64,000 bases of DNA from Entomortierella parvispora E1425 (lineage: Eukaryota > Fungi > Mortierellomycota): NCBI GenBank assembly GCA_020891255.1, contig BQFW01000013.1, forward strand, positions 2,542,001-2,606,000. The letters run 5' to 3'. How positions within the stretch are numbered: position 1 is the first letter of the stretch; every line of letters starts with the position of its first letter. The notes under the pieces were generated by a model that did no database searches, was not told the DNA's origin, and saw only the letters and a program-made list of their open reading frames with translations. This document shows positions 62,401 through 64,000 of the stretch, piece after piece. The translations under genes were made by a program, and so were the position numbers.

Positions 62401-62733
62401 AAGAAGGAGAAGGGTGCCCCTGCCGCTGCCGCTGCTGCCCCCGCCGTCTCGGGCAAGAAGGCCAAGGCTGCTGCCCATGCTGCTGCCAGCAAGCCCGCCC
62501 CTAGCTGGACTGGTCCCGGCCCCAAGCCTGAGGAGATTGTCGAGTTGGAGGCCAAGATTGATGCCCAGGGATTGAAGGTCCGTCAGCTCAAGACCGACAA
62601 GGCTGATGCTGACCAGGTCAAGGAGGCCGTTGATGAGCTCCTCTCCCTCAAGAAGCAGCTCCCTATCCGCATTGAGGCTCTTCAGTCCTTGGCTGCTGCC
62701 GCCTCTGCTGCCGCCGACAGTTTCAGCTTGTAA
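59429..62733 (+). CDS. GUS1: Cytosolic glutamyl-tRNA synthetase with N-terminal GST-like domain and C-terminal WHEP domain
   Basis: TRFPPEPSGYLHIGHAKA, RFDDTNP, LMSKRKL, WDDPRFPT; C-terminal helix-turn-helix AQGLKVRQLK...VKEAVDELLSLK. Confidence 0.96.
60482..60660. repeat. AT-rich 31-bp minisatellite with internal palindromes, inside a GluRS intron
   Basis: Unit TTAACATTCTTAACATTTAAGTATCGCATAC; hairpin starts at 60495, 60516, 60547, 60578, 60609 and 60640. Confidence 0.95.
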
Positions 62734-62965
62734 ACAAACCCCACCCAAAACGTCTTTTTTGACGTGCAGGACCCCATTGAAATGCCACATTATTAAAGGT
62801 GAAATTTTTTTATTAAGGATAAGAATGGGATATATGGTACAAAAGGGTGGCTTTATGAAAGGGGAAAAGAAATGAAGTGAATGAAGAAGGGTATGGACAA
62901 AGATCGTAGCAAATGGGTGGTGTTTTTTCTCTTTTTTTTTTTCCTGTTTTTTGTAGGTTCATAAA

Positions 62966-64000
62966 CTATTCCTCTTCTTCCTGGATCGCGGCAGGCGCGG
63001 CTCCAGGGCGCTTGCCCATTGCTACTGCCATACTCTGGCGTCGACTCGAGTACGAATCTCTCTTGCCTCCGGCTCCATCATGATCGGCACCACTGGATCC
63101 CAGACTCTGATTTCCATGCAAGCCCGGGCTACCAGGAGGGTTATATCCATGGCTAGTATGATTCGAAGGCACCGAGGCGCCTCCCAATCCTCCCAGTCCG
63201 CCTAGAGCCACGCCGCCGTATTCGCGTTTGGGGAACAATCCAGTGCGGGGTCGAGGGTTGAGTTTCATGGCCGCTGTCGCCTCATAGCCCGCATTCGGGA
63301 CATTTTGCTGGATACGCAAGAGCTGCTCCTTTTGAAGTTGCTGAAAGTTTTGTTGTTGTTGAAGCGTCATGTTGGCCATCGATCCTGTACTGTTGCGGTA
63401 ACCTCGACGTCGTCCTGCAAATGCATTGGGGGGTCCGTTTGCAGCGGCCAACGAGGGACCAAAAGATGGAGAGGTGGATCTGGTCTGGCTGGCGCCTTGT
63501 CCATTCAAGTTCTTGGGCACGGTGGGTACATCACCTGGAGGCGTGGTGCCGGGCAATCCTGGTTTTGACAGCCGCTTGGCAGCCAAGGGCTGGAATCCAT
63601 TAATGACTTTCCGAGGCGTTCCATCCCGATAGTCCTTGATTTTCGCCTGGTTGGAAAAGTGCTGGTCAAATGACACCAATGGCCGTGATGAAGAGGGTGG
63701 GGAGGACGATCCTTGGAATCCTGAAGACAACTCATCATCATCTAAATCATTACTGATGGATGCTCGGTTGTAGGAAAGGCTGCTCCTTGGAGGAGGGTAG
63801 CTTGTCGAGAGTATGCTTATCTTGGACTCCTCTAGCAGCACCGAGGCCTTCTCCGGCAGAGGTTCGGATGTCTCCAATGCTTGAACACTAGCTTGAATCA
63901 TCACATTTTCTTGGGTCGAAGTTGGAGGTGAAGGAGGAGGCGATGGAATCAAGCTGCATCCATCCGTGAAATCCACTCTAGGCTCGGTATTCTGCTGATG
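62966..64000 (-). CDS. 3' portion of a Ser/Pro/Gly/Gln-rich protein; gene starts beyond the window
   Basis: Frame is open from the window edge to the stop at 62966. No recognisable domain. Confidence 0.65.
   Translation of the reverse strand, partial: HQQNTEPRVDFTDGCSLIPSPPPSPPTSTQENVMIQASVQALETSEPLPEKASVLLEESKISILSTSYPPPRSSLSYNRASISNDLDDDELSSGFQGSSSPPSSSRPLVSFDQHFSNQAKIKDYRDGTPRKVINGFQPLAAKRLSKPGLPGTTPPGDVPTVPKNLNGQGASQTRSTSPSFGPSLAAANGPPNAFAGRRRGYRNSTGSMANMTLQQQQNFQQLQKEQLLRIQQNVPNAGYEATAAMKLNPRPRTGLFPKREYGGVALGGLGGLGGASVPSNHTSHGYNPPGSPGLHGNQSLGSSGADHDGAGGKRDSYSSRRQSMAVAMGKRPGAAPAAIQEEEE

Noticed and set aside
60669-62790. Antisense ORFs (224 and 493 aa) over GluRS
   Set aside because: Same codon-bias shadow of a highly expressed gene.

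Overview
Intron-rich, gene-dense fungal chromosomal DNA, most consistent with Mortierellaceae (inferred from gene content, GT-AG introns and the NACHT-pentapeptide-WD40 family). Housekeeping genes: HAT1, MAF1, carnitine acetyltransferase, a PQ-loop-like membrane protein, an LRR-RhoGEF, a Cdc15/SepH kinase, COX20, CHIP/STUB1, a 4CL-like acyl-CoA ligase, an aquaglyceroporin and glutamyl-tRNA synthetase. Also present are an intronless NLR-like gene and two small secreted proteins. An accessory island at about 25.2-33.8 kb contains an intact PD-(D/E)XK-like nuclease gene, a nuclease pseudogene, and a tail-less linker-histone (H15) domain gene duplicated as a roughly 1.5 kb direct repeat around the nuclease. 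The island also holds a 69-nt fragment copied from the neighbouring RhoGEF exon and a near-perfect 166-bp repeat. Best leads: (1) an in-frame TGA-CAA-TCA (CARYYA leaky-stop context) followed by 98 open codons at the end of the Cdc15/SepH kinase; (2) the H15/nuclease island; (3) a Kex2-processed Asp/Cys-repeat secreted peptide; (4) a frame-essential 8-nt micro-exon; (5) a structured 765-nt intron; (6) a hairpin minisatellite in a GluRS intron. Gene models were assembled by eye, and no database searches or folding programs were run.
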